Shown here piece after piece: positions 17,128 to 24,858 of a stretch of DNA of 32,160 nt (within the stretch, counting starts at the first letter, position 1; each line of letters begins with the position of its first letter). The stretch is from positions 1 to 32,160 of the forward strand of contig CAMAWZ010000001.1 in the NCBI GenBank assembly GCA_945861995.1. The letters run 5' to 3'. The translations under genes and the position numbers were made by a program. The stretch is from Pseudorhodobacter antarcticus. GTDB taxonomy: Bacteria > Pseudomonadota > Alphaproteobacteria > Rhodobacterales > Rhodobacteraceae. The notes beneath the pieces were generated by a model. It did not search any database and was not told where the DNA came from. It saw nothing but the letters and a program-made list of their open reading frames with translations.

Positions 17128-18030
17128 ATGGCTAAAAAGATCTATTGCGCCTTTGGGACCGACATCGATTCGGTCGCAGGTTGGATCGGATCCTATGGCG
17201 GCGGCGACAGCCCGTCCGACATCCAGCGCGGCATTTTCGCAACCGAAGTGGGCGTGCCACGCCTGTTGCGCTTGTTTGAAAGATATGGGCTGAAGACCAC
17301 GTTCTTTATCCCAGGCCACTCGTTGGAAACCTTTCCAAAAGAGATGGAAATGATCGTCAAAGGCGGGCACGAAGTTGGCGCGCATGGCTATTTACACGAA
17401 AACCCCGTCGCCATGACCCCTTCGCAAGAAGAAGACGTTCTGGTCAAATCTGTCGAGCTGATCAAGGGCCTGACAGGCGCTGCCCCACGCGGTTATGTGG
17501 CCCCTTGGTGGGAAATGTCGGCGAATACCGCAGCACTGCTGCAAAAGCATGGCTTTACCTATGACCACAGCCAAGGCTACCGCGATTTCCAACCCTTCTA
17601 TGCCAAGGTTGGCGACAGCTGGAACACCATCGACTATACCAAAACCGCCAAGGAATGGATGCATCCGCTGAAGCATGGTACGGAAATCGATCTCGTCGAT
17701 ATCGGTGCCAACTGGTATGTGGATGACCTTCCACCCATGATGTTCATGAAAAAGGCGCCCAATTCGCACGGGTTCGTCAACCCTCGTGACATCGAAGAAA
17801 TGTGGCGCGATCAGTTCGATTGGGTCTACCGCGAAATGGATTATGGCGTTTTCGCCTTTACCATTCACCCCGATGTGGCAGGCCGCCCACAGGTTCTTTT
17901 GATGCTGGAACGCCTGATTGAATATATCTCAAAGCATTCGGGCGTCGAATGGGCCCCGTTTGAAGATATCGCCAATGACTTCCGCAAGCGTTACCCCTTT
18001 GGTGGCAAAGAACGTCCCGAAGTGATTTGA
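17128..18030 (+). CDS. Polysaccharide deacetylase (CE4/NodB) family hydrolase, PuuE/HpPgdA-like, cytoplasmic
   Basis: [43 protein letters not shown] and [18 protein letters not shown] and no signal peptide. Confidence 0.88.
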   Translation: MAKKIYCAFGTDIDSVAGWIGSYGGGDSPSDIQRGIFATEVGVPRLLRLFERYGLKTTFFIPGHSLETFPKEMEMIVKGGHEVGAHGYLHENPVAMTPSQEEDVLVKSVELIKGLTGAAPRGYVAPWWEMSANTAALLQKHGFTYDHSQGYRDFQPFYAKVGDSWNTIDYTKTAKEWMHPLKHGTEIDLVDIGANWYVDDLPPMMFMKKAPNSHGFVNPRDIEEMWRDQFDWVYREMDYGVFAFTIHPDVAGRPQVLLMLERLIEYISKHSGVEWAPFEDIANDFRKRYPFGGKERPEVI

Positions 18031-18039
18031 TAAATCGGC

Positions 18040-18061
18040 GGGTGTCGGGCAACCGACACCC
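18040..18061 (+). terminator. Intra-operon hairpin with GNRA loop
   Basis: GGGTGTCGG-GCAA-CCGACACCC is a perfect 9-bp stem. No U-tract follows. Confidence 0.5.
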
Positions 18062-18083
18062 CCACACCCCACAGGAGGCCTAA

Positions 18084-18374
18084 ATGTGCAACGCCTGCGG
18101 TAATCCAGCCGTGCCCGGTCATTGGACGGATGCAGGCGCGGCTACGCCCGGCGACCGCCTGCGCGCGCGGTTTCAGCGCGCTGCGCTGTTGAATAAAATT
18201 CTGCGGCCATATGGTTTATCGGCCTATGACGACGGGGTGGTGCCTGGCGTGCAACTGAGCACGCTGTCGGGCAGCACAACCATCGTTCCCGATCTTGGAT
18301 CTCTTTGGGCCGAAGCAGAACGGCTGATTGGCTTTCCCATCGACCCCCTGAATGCAGCTTTTCTAGATGTCTGA
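18084..18374 (+). CDS. Small hypothetical protein with N-terminal CxxC (MCNACG...GHW)
   Basis: Strong RBS AGGAGG before the ATG. Fills the gap in the operon and overlaps the next gene by 8 nt. Ends in PIDPL. Confidence 0.8.
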   Translation: MCNACGNPAVPGHWTDAGAATPGDRLRARFQRAALLNKILRPYGLSAYDDGVVPGVQLSTLSGSTTIVPDLGSLWAEAERLIGFPIDPLNAAFLDV

Positions 18375-19335
18375 CACGACGGGCAGCCGAATGCGATTGA
18401 CAGTGCTAGGGGGGTACCTTGGCTCTGGCAAAACGACATGGCTGCGGCACCAATTGCACGTGGGCCGTTTCGGCCCCGTGCATGTTGTGGTCAACGAAGC
18501 GGCCGAGACATCTGTAGATGATATCTTACTGGCAACGGCATCTGGCCTAACATTATTGGCGGGCGGCTGTTGTTGTTGCGTGGGGCGGCAGGATTTGATC
18601 ACAGCCCTGCGGCACCTTTGTGATCTGCGCAGTCAGGTCACCTCAACTGATGCCCGGCTAAATCGGATTATCCTTGAAACAAGCGGCCTTGCCGATCCGG
18701 GCGCTATCGTTTCGACCATTCAAGGCGATCCTGTTCTGATCAACCATATCGTCATTGATGAAGTGTTAGTTGTGGTGGATGCGCTGCATGGGCTGGCACA
18801 ATTGTCGTCTGAACCCTTGGGCCGACACCAAATTGGGGCGGCAGATCGTTTGATCCTGTCCAAAAGTGACGTGGCCGACCCTGCCGCATTGACCCTGTTG
18901 CGGGCGACTTTGCGCGGCCTTAATCCTGCAGCCCCCCAATCTGCAGCCATTTTGGGCGAGGATGTGGCGCTGGATCAATTGCCGCCAGAAATTCAAGCCG
19001 CGCCGTTGCCCCCCCTATCCGACGAAGAAACGCGGGGGCCAATTTTTCCGGCTTGCGTGACAGTGGGTGACGCCCTGGATTGGTCACTTTTCGCCGTCTG
19101 GTTGTCGGCGCTGCTCCATGCACGCGGCAATGATCTGGTGCGGATCAAAGGGGTTGTGCGCACGCCCGCTGGGCGCTTATTGCTGCAAACCGTGCGCAAA
19201 GTCGTTCAATCCCCCGAGATTTTGCCCGAACGAGTTGACCTTGGCGAGGACGGCAAGATTGTCTTTATCGGGCGCGGTTTTCGTGCCGAAGATTTGCAAC
19301 GTTCGCTGGATCATTTTATCAATCCTACGCGGTGA
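18367..19335 (+). CDS. COG0523 / CobW-family P-loop GTPase (putative metallochaperone)
   Basis: Walker A GGYLGSGKTT, VVVNE, GCCCC (CxCC metal site), ILETSGLADP, ADRLILSKSD and CobW_C-like LVRIKG...IVFIGRG. The start could alternatively be ATG 18391. Confidence 0.9.
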   Translation: MSDTTGSRMRLTVLGGYLGSGKTTWLRHQLHVGRFGPVHVVVNEAAETSVDDILLATASGLTLLAGGCCCCVGRQDLITALRHLCDLRSQVTSTDARLNRIILETSGLADPGAIVSTIQGDPVLINHIVIDEVLVVVDALHGLAQLSSEPLGRHQIGAADRLILSKSDVADPAALTLLRATLRGLNPAAPQSAAILGEDVALDQLPPEIQAAPLPPLSDEETRGPIFPACVTVGDALDWSLFAVWLSALLHARGNDLVRIKGVVRTPAGRLLLQTVRKVVQSPEILPERVDLGEDGKIVFIGRGFRAEDLQRSLDHFINPTR

Positions 19336-19571
19336 TCTGACGGCGATTGTCATACTTGGCACTATAACAAAAGGCCCACCAGCGCATTCAAAAACCAATA
19401 GTATCCAGCGCAGATTTAATCTGAATGATTAAAATGCTTGCACGGAAGCGCGTGAAGGTAAGGCAGGATGTCGCTTAGTGGTTCCTGTTACCCAGCATAC
19501 GCGTTGACTGGGCTGGCGAAAAGTCCCGCAAAAGCATACAGGTCTCAGACTGGCGGCAAGCTCAACATGGA

Positions 19572-20306
19572 TCAGTCCTTTTGCTTATTGACGATGTTCA
19601 GAAATAGTCTTGGTGCAATACGGCTTCCGCGCGCAAGGATCTTCGCAAGGCCGACACGTACTTCGGGATGCCCAGCGTCCAGACCAGCCATCGCTGCCTT
19701 AACGAACTCTTCCAACTTCATGGCCCGTGGCGGTTTCCGCGTTTGCCCGCGATGAAGGTCCGTCTCGACGACGGGCGGGATCAACTCGACCACTGAAACA
19801 GGCGTGTTGGCCAGCTGTCGGCGCAGCGATATCGTGAATGAATGAACAGCCGCCTTTGTTGCGGAGTAGACTGGTGCTGCGACCAGCGGCACATAGCCAA
19901 GCCCCGATCCGACGTTGATCAGGGTCGCCTTTGGCTGACGGCGCAGAAGCGGCAACATCGCATTAGCGACAAGGATCAGCCCCTTCAGGTTCACGTCAAT
20001 CTCGCGGGTGATCAACTCAGGGTCTACTGCTTCGTGAAAATCCAGCAAGGTCTGGATAGCAGCATTGTTCACAACCGTGTCCAGATGAGGCCAGCGCGCG
20101 GCAACACGCTCTGCGAAAGCCGCAACTTGCTCAGCTTCTGCCACATCGAACACTTCGACAACCATGCTGGGGTGGCGGGCCGCAATCGCATCCAGACGCT
20201 CGCGCGTACGACCCGCGATGATAACCTGCGCGCCCTTGCCGTGAAAGGCTGCCGCCAAGCCCGCACCAATACCAGACCCTCCTCCGGTGATAAGGACCGT
20301 TCTCAT
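19572..20306 (-). CDS. Short-chain dehydrogenase/reductase, DltE-like
   Basis: MRTVLITGGGSGIG, VIIAGR, NNAAIQ, SGLGYVP, YSATKAAVHSFT and VVELIPPVVETDL. Start placed at ATG 20306 rather than TTG 20354. Confidence 0.9.
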   Translation of the reverse strand: MRTVLITGGGSGIGAGLAAAFHGKGAQVIIAGRTRERLDAIAARHPSMVVEVFDVAEAEQVAAFAERVAARWPHLDTVVNNAAIQTLLDFHEAVDPELITREIDVNLKGLILVANAMLPLLRRQPKATLINVGSGLGYVPLVAAPVYSATKAAVHSFTISLRRQLANTPVSVVELIPPVVETDLHRGQTRKPPRAMKLEEFVKAAMAGLDAGHPEVRVGLAKILARGSRIAPRLFLNIVNKQKD

Positions 20307-20307
20307 T

Positions 20308-20361
20308 CTAGCCCACTTTTGCAATGGCTGCGACGACGACGGTATGTGGCCCAATAGCCAT
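20308..20361 (-). other. 17-codon upstream ORF (MAIGPHTVVVAAIAKVG), leader peptide or gene remnant
   Basis: AGGAG RBS 9 nt before ATG 20361. Its TAG lies 1 nt before the SDR ATG, which has only a weak RBS of its own. Confidence 0.4.
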
Positions 20362-20425
20362 GACGAGGAACTCCTGTTTAACCCGAATACCCCAGATGGT
20401 AGCCTAGCGAATAAAGAAAAAAATT

Positions 20426-20630
20426 CGGAGGCGACCTCGTAACAAAACCTACGGAAGCAATCCTTATTGCTAGCATCGAGCTGCCCGTCTCAAAGGGCTA
20501 TGCTGGTCTCAAGATCGACGCGGATGCGGCAGCGACAGGCGCTGGCAAGGCAACAATGTAGGATTGGTGGCCTAGAAAGGCAAAACGTGCCGTCGACGCC
20601 TTCTTCCATCGCACGGGCCCCGATCTGTAA
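20426..20630 (+). pseudogene. TetR/AcrR-family regulator pseudogene (N-terminal HTH remnant)
   Basis: RRRPRNKT from 20426, then a frameshift to TEAILIASIELPVSKGYAGLKIDADAAATGAGKATM*DWWPRKAKRAVDAFF from 20451, with in-frame TAG at 20559-20561. This matches the TetR pattern GRPR...AIL.A..EL...GY.G.TI.AVA..AG.GK.TIYRWWP.K. Confidence 0.75.
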
Positions 20631-20731
20631 GGTGCCCCTCGATTCCTAGACACCCAAGATGTTCAGTTTCTGCTGTCTGGTTTCGAAGTCAACGGGTGAG
20701 AGCGTGCCAATGTTCGCGTGCTTGCGTTTTG
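20626..20731 (-). mobile_element. IS3-family insertion sequence remnant (transposase C-terminus plus right end)
   Basis: The minus strand from 20729 to 20646 reads KRKHANIGTLSPVDFETRQQKLNILGV*, resembling the IS3 OrfB tail (YNPKRKH.N.G.LSPV.FE). It is followed by a terminal-IR-like GAATCGAGGGGCACCTTACA ending in CA. Similarity stops at about 20731. Confidence 0.8.
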
Positions 20732-20773
20732 TTTTGCAGCAAGGTGAAGGACAACCGCACCGCAAAAGCACTT

Positions 20774-22096
20774 TTAGCGGTACATCCGAACCAAATCACG
20801 CAGCGGGACACGGGCGCGAAGTTTGGTGGCCATCAGATACATTCCCCCAATTTTGCGGTGCAAAAACAGGGTGGCAGCGGGCGGCACATGGCTTAATTCA
20901 CGATCCTGCCCAATCGCCATTCCCATGCTGCGCAAGCGTTCCAACAAATCGGTGTGTCCAAAGTCGAATACGCCTTGCGCGCGCAGCGGCGCGGTGGCCG
21001 CCATAAACATTGCTTGGATCAAGTCTTGATGGTGCTGCGCCGTGCTGCTGTTGAAATACCCGATCCGCAGCATCGCGGCCCGCGTTTGGGCCTGATCTGC
21101 GTCCAATGCGCAGCCAAGCAGCCTGCGAAAATCAGCGGTAAGCGGCGCGGGAATGTCTTGAACAGCCCCGAAATCCAACAAAACAACGCGCGCAGTGTCG
21201 GGGTCATAGCAATAATTGGCTAGGTTCGGATCGGTCTGCATCGCACCAAACACGAACAATTCTTGCAAGGTCAGATCGATTAACTGCGCGGCCACGCGGT
21301 CGCGCAGGTCTTGCGGCGCGTCCACCAGCGCGTCAAGCGGTTGGCTTTGGACATATCCCATCACCAAAACGCGCGGTGTGCTCAGATCGGCATGGAAACT
21401 GGGTACCACAAACGCATCCGACCCCGCCAAAAGTGCCCCGAATTTCACCAGATGCCGCGCTTCGGCAGTATAATCTGCCTCGGCGTGTAACTGGCGCTTG
21501 GCCTCGGACAAAAGCGGTTCGATATTCATGCCGCGCGGCAATAGCCCTGGCAAGCGCATCAGCGTGGCCATATTGTCCACATCGCTGTCTATGCTGGCCC
21601 GAACGCCAGGGTATTGCACCTTTATCGCCAGATCGCGCCCGTCTGGCAGCGCTGCGCGGTGCACTTGCCCGATAGAGGCCGCAGCAAAGGGGCGCGGATC
21701 AAACCGCGTAAAGCGACTGCGCCAGCCCACCCCCCATTCGGCGTTCAGCACGGCTTGCAACTGTTTTGGCGGCATATATTCGGCATTATCGCGCAGTTTT
21801 GCCAAAATTTCGGTCAACTCGTGCCCCAGCACGACGCCTGTATCCATCGACAGCATCTGCCCCATCTTCAACGCCGCGCCGCGCATCTGCGACAAGCTGT
21901 GGGTAAAGCGCAGCGCATTGGCGGGCGTCATCAAAAGGCCCGCCAGATCTGGCCGCCTGCCTTGCGCGATTTGCAGCAATCCCTTGGCGACCACACCGCC
22001 TGCAATGCCAGTTGCCATCGCGCCAAAATGCGCAAGCCGTGCGACGCGGCCCGCTGGCACGGCTAATCCTTTTGTCGGCGCGTCTTTATCTGGCAC
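20774..22096 (-). CDS. AarF/ABC1/UbiB family atypical kinase (COQ8-like)
   Basis: MRGAALKMGQMLS (KxGQ), AAASIGQVH (Ala-rich loop), AIKVQYPG, QTDPNLANY and LLDFGA. GTG start. Confidence 0.92.
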   Translation of the reverse strand: MPDKDAPTKGLAVPAGRVARLAHFGAMATGIAGGVVAKGLLQIAQGRRPDLAGLLMTPANALRFTHSLSQMRGAALKMGQMLSMDTGVVLGHELTEILAKLRDNAEYMPPKQLQAVLNAEWGVGWRSRFTRFDPRPFAAASIGQVHRAALPDGRDLAIKVQYPGVRASIDSDVDNMATLMRLPGLLPRGMNIEPLLSEAKRQLHAEADYTAEARHLVKFGALLAGSDAFVVPSFHADLSTPRVLVMGYVQSQPLDALVDAPQDLRDRVAAQLIDLTLQELFVFGAMQTDPNLANYCYDPDTARVVLLDFGAVQDIPAPLTADFRRLLGCALDADQAQTRAAMLRIGYFNSSTAQHHQDLIQAMFMAATAPLRAQGVFDFGHTDLLERLRSMGMAIGQDRELSHVPPAATLFLHRKIGGMYLMATKLRARVPLRDLVRMYR

Positions 22097-22099
22097 ATC

Positions 22100-22351
22100 T
22101 TAGCCCTTTAGATTACCATTGGGGTCTACCAAACGACATATGGCGCGCGGGCAGGCCGCGTCCAGTTCACGGCCAGAAAATGCGCGATCCGCGCGCGGGA
22201 TAGTGAATAGCCTGCCATTCCCAATCAGCCATTTGTTCGCGCAGAACCAATCGGAAAACAGTTTGAACAGCAGGGGCAGTTTTGCGCGCGTGGTCTTTGG
22301 TGCGGCAGCAATCCCTTGCGCCGTCTTGTCTTTGCCCAGCGCCTTTAGCAC
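22100..22351 (-). CDS. Possible hypothetical protein or decayed gene fragment
   Basis: 83-codon ORF ending 3 nt before the kinase start. No motif recognised and no clear RBS. Confidence 0.25.
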   Translation of the reverse strand: MLKALGKDKTAQGIAAAPKTTRAKLPLLFKLFSDWFCANKWLIGNGRLFTIPRADRAFSGRELDAACPRAICRLVDPNGNLKG

Positions 22352-22526
22352 ATTGCCTGAAATTGCCAGACCATTTCAAACCAGCCTTGCCAATACGCAA
22401 CACGCAACCGAAACGCTTGAAGAAACTGCCAAATTGTTTCTATTGCTTTAGGATCAAAACCTGCGTCTGTTGACCGCCGACCTGCGGCGGCACTTTAAGC
22501 TATCTTAACACAATCGGAGAATAATT

Positions 22527-23417
22527 ATGACGCAAACATATGAAAATGTTGAGTTTATCGGTCTAGGGCTGATGGGGCACGGCATGGCCAAGAATATTGT
22601 GGAAAAGGGCTATCCGCTGACCGTTGTGGCGCATCGCAGGCGCACGGCTGTCGATGATCGGCGGGCTCGTGGGGCCCTAGAGGCCGCAACTGCGCAAGAC
22701 CTTGCACGCAGCTGTGACGTGATTTTTCTGTGCCTGACAGGATCGCCAGAGGTTGCGGCTGCGGTGGCGGCGCTGAAACCGGGTTTGGCCAAGGGGGCAG
22801 TGGTTGTTGACTGCTCGACCTCTGACCCGACTGTTACTTTGCGTCTGGCGGCGGAACTGGCCGAGATCGGTGTTGAGTTTGTCGATGCCCCGCTGTCACG
22901 CACGCCAAAAGAGGCTTGGGCCGGAACGCTTGATTGCATGGTCGGCGCCAGCGACGCCAGTTTTGCGCGGGTGAAACCGATCATTGGCACTTGGGCTGCA
23001 AAAATCGTGCATATCGGTGGGGTTGGCGATGGTCATAAGATGAAGCTTCTGAACAATTTTCTTTCGCTTGGCTATGCCGCGCTTTACGCCGAGGCGCTGG
23101 CCCTTTCGCGCAAGGTTGGCATTCCAGTGGCCGAGTTTGACAAGGTCATTCGCGGCGGTCGGATGGATTGCGGTTTTTACCAAACCTTCATGGGCTATGC
23201 GCTTGAAGGCAATCGCGAAGCGCACAAGTTCACTTTGGCCAACGCGTACAAAGATATGCGGTATATAGGGTCTATGGCCAACGCTGCCACCGTCGGAACG
23301 ACTATGGCAAGCGCTGTCAAAAATTCCTTCGCTTTGGCAATGGCAACGGGTGGTAATGGTGCAGAAGATTATGTGCCGCATTTGCCCGACTATGTCGCCA
23401 AGGCCAACGGCTTGTAA
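22527..23417 (+). CDS. NAD(P)-dependent beta-hydroxyacid dehydrogenase (3-hydroxyisobutyrate dehydrogenase / tartronate semialdehyde reductase family)
   Basis: FIGLGLMGHGMAKN, VVDCSTSDP, FVDAPLS, GHKMKLLNN (catalytic Lys) and KDMRY. GGAGA RBS. Confidence 0.9.
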   Translation: MTQTYENVEFIGLGLMGHGMAKNIVEKGYPLTVVAHRRRTAVDDRRARGALEAATAQDLARSCDVIFLCLTGSPEVAAAVAALKPGLAKGAVVVDCSTSDPTVTLRLAAELAEIGVEFVDAPLSRTPKEAWAGTLDCMVGASDASFARVKPIIGTWAAKIVHIGGVGDGHKMKLLNNFLSLGYAALYAEALALSRKVGIPVAEFDKVIRGGRMDCGFYQTFMGYALEGNREAHKFTLANAYKDMRYIGSMANAATVGTTMASAVKNSFALAMATGGNGAEDYVPHLPDYVAKANGL

Positions 23418-23421
23418 ACCG

Positions 23422-23454
23422 CAAGCGCCCGCCGAAAAATTCGGCGGGCGCTTG
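23422..23454. terminator. Probable bidirectional terminator between convergent genes
   Basis: CAAGCGCCCGCCGAA-AAA-TTCGGCGGGCGCTTG is a perfect 15-bp inverted repeat between the stops at 23417 and 23478. Confidence 0.8.
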
Positions 23455-23477
23455 ACGATCTGCCAAAGGATATTGGG

Positions 23478-24632
23478 TTACAATAATCCGCGCGCCGCCA
23501 AATTCCGCATCAAAGCCCCCGTGCCAAATTGCCATTCTGGCGCTTCGGTCGACAGCCGAACGGTGTTGGTAAGCACGCCCAAGTCAGGGGCAGAGATCGA
23601 CACGACATCGCCTAGATGGTGGGTAAAGCCCTGCCCAGGGCCGTCACGATCTTGCACGGGTGAGAACATCGTGCCGCAATAAAGCACAAAACCGTCGGGG
23701 TATTGATGATGCCGCCCGCGGGTCTGCGCCACCAGATCAGCAGGATCACGGCTTATCTGACGCATCGAGGAATGGCCTTGCAACAAAAAGCCATCTTCGC
23801 CTGTCACGGTCAGCGACAATTCCAACCCACGTACAGTATCAAGGCTGAAATTATCGTCGAAAATCCGAATAAGCGGCCCAATAGAGGCCGCAGCATTGTT
23901 ATCTTTCGCCTTACCAAGCAACAGCGCAGAACGCCCCTCGACATCGCGCAGGTTAACATCGTTGCCCAAAGTCGCGCCGATGATTTGGCCCGTGGAGGTT
24001 ACTACCAAAACAACCTCGGGTTCGGGGTTGTTCCATTTGCTGATGGGATGCAACCCGACCAAGGCTCCGTACCCAACAGCCGCCATTGGCTGGGCTTTGG
24101 TGAAAACTTCTGCATCTGGGCCGATTCCGACCTCTAGATACTGGCTCCACAGACCTTCGGCTTGCAGCAGGGATTTGACCTTGGCGGCCTTGTCCGAACC
24201 GGGGATCAGATCGCGCAAACTGTCGCCAATAACCCCCGCGACGCGGATACGGATTTCCGCAGCCAGTGCAGGATTGCCAGCGGCACGCTCTTCGATCACG
24301 CGTTCGATCATAGACCGCGCAAAGGTGACGCCGCAGGCCTTGATCGCCTGCAAATCGCATGGCGCCAACAGTCGAGTGGCGTCTGCACCGGCCTCGACAG
24401 AGGCGGCGGCAAGGCTGGCATAGGACCCAAGATCTTCGCCTTGGATATTCGCGACAAAGCCAGCAATATCAGGCAACTCCAGCAAATCGCGCATGGTGGG
24501 CGCAGCTTTGCTGGTGATGTCATACACATGATCTGCGCGGATAGTCACCAAAGCGGGGCCAATACCTGCCCTCCAGACCCGACCCAACCAAAGGCCTTGG
24601 GGAAGCGAAAAGTCGTTCATTCTTGAAGCCAT
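23478..24632 (-). CDS. xylX: Fumarylacetoacetate hydrolase family protein, XylX-like (2-keto-3-deoxy sugar acid dehydratase)
   Basis: GVTFARSMIERVIEERA, GLWSQYLEVGIGPDAEVFTK, WNNPEPE, GNDVNLRDVEGRSALLL, HQYPDGF, QDRD-PGQGFTH and C-terminal RNLAARGLL, as I recall from Caulobacter XylX. Substrate is not proven, and the start could be 24620. Confidence 0.85.
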   Translation of the reverse strand: MASRMNDFSLPQGLWLGRVWRAGIGPALVTIRADHVYDITSKAAPTMRDLLELPDIAGFVANIQGEDLGSYASLAAASVEAGADATRLLAPCDLQAIKACGVTFARSMIERVIEERAAGNPALAAEIRIRVAGVIGDSLRDLIPGSDKAAKVKSLLQAEGLWSQYLEVGIGPDAEVFTKAQPMAAVGYGALVGLHPISKWNNPEPEVVLVVTSTGQIIGATLGNDVNLRDVEGRSALLLGKAKDNNAAASIGPLIRIFDDNFSLDTVRGLELSLTVTGEDGFLLQGHSSMRQISRDPADLVAQTRGRHHQYPDGFVLYCGTMFSPVQDRDGPGQGFTHHLGDVVSISAPDLGVLTNTVRLSTEAPEWQFGTGALMRNLAARGLL

Positions 24633-24858
24633 ATCCTAAAGTCCTTTGCATATTCTGGATGCCAACGTGACAGCGGCGGGCGGTTTTCGGCAATGTCTTG
24701 TGCTGCCCATAGGAAGCGGTTTGTTGATCAGCACTGACATTGCCTCCAACTTTTATCCAGCATGAGCAAGACTGCGCGTTTGAGTTTACCCGTTTGGGCG
24801 GGTTGGGCAACGGGGATTGGTGCGGAGGTTCGCGGATTGCGCTGCCAGTGCACAACCC

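Noticed and set aside
19336-19571. Possible ncRNA or mobile-element end in the gap between convergent genes
   Set aside because: No convincing stem, repeat or recognisable motif was found.
6562-20561. Genome-wide TAG reassignment, suggested by TAGs at probable sense positions at 6562 and 20559
   Set aside because: TAG serves as the normal stop of intact genes (28490 and 31234), no other gene has an internal TAG, and the 20559 case lies in a frameshifted pseudogene.
20467-21006. ORF-track entries 20467-20649 (+) and 20659-21006 (+) as genes
   Set aside because: The first is an alternative frame over the TetR remnant. The second is the antisense of the IS3 tail running into the kinase gene.
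22474-22490. Hairpin CCGCCG-N5-CGGCGG upstream of the dehydrogenase
   Set aside because: It is only a 6-bp GC stem, which is expected by chance.
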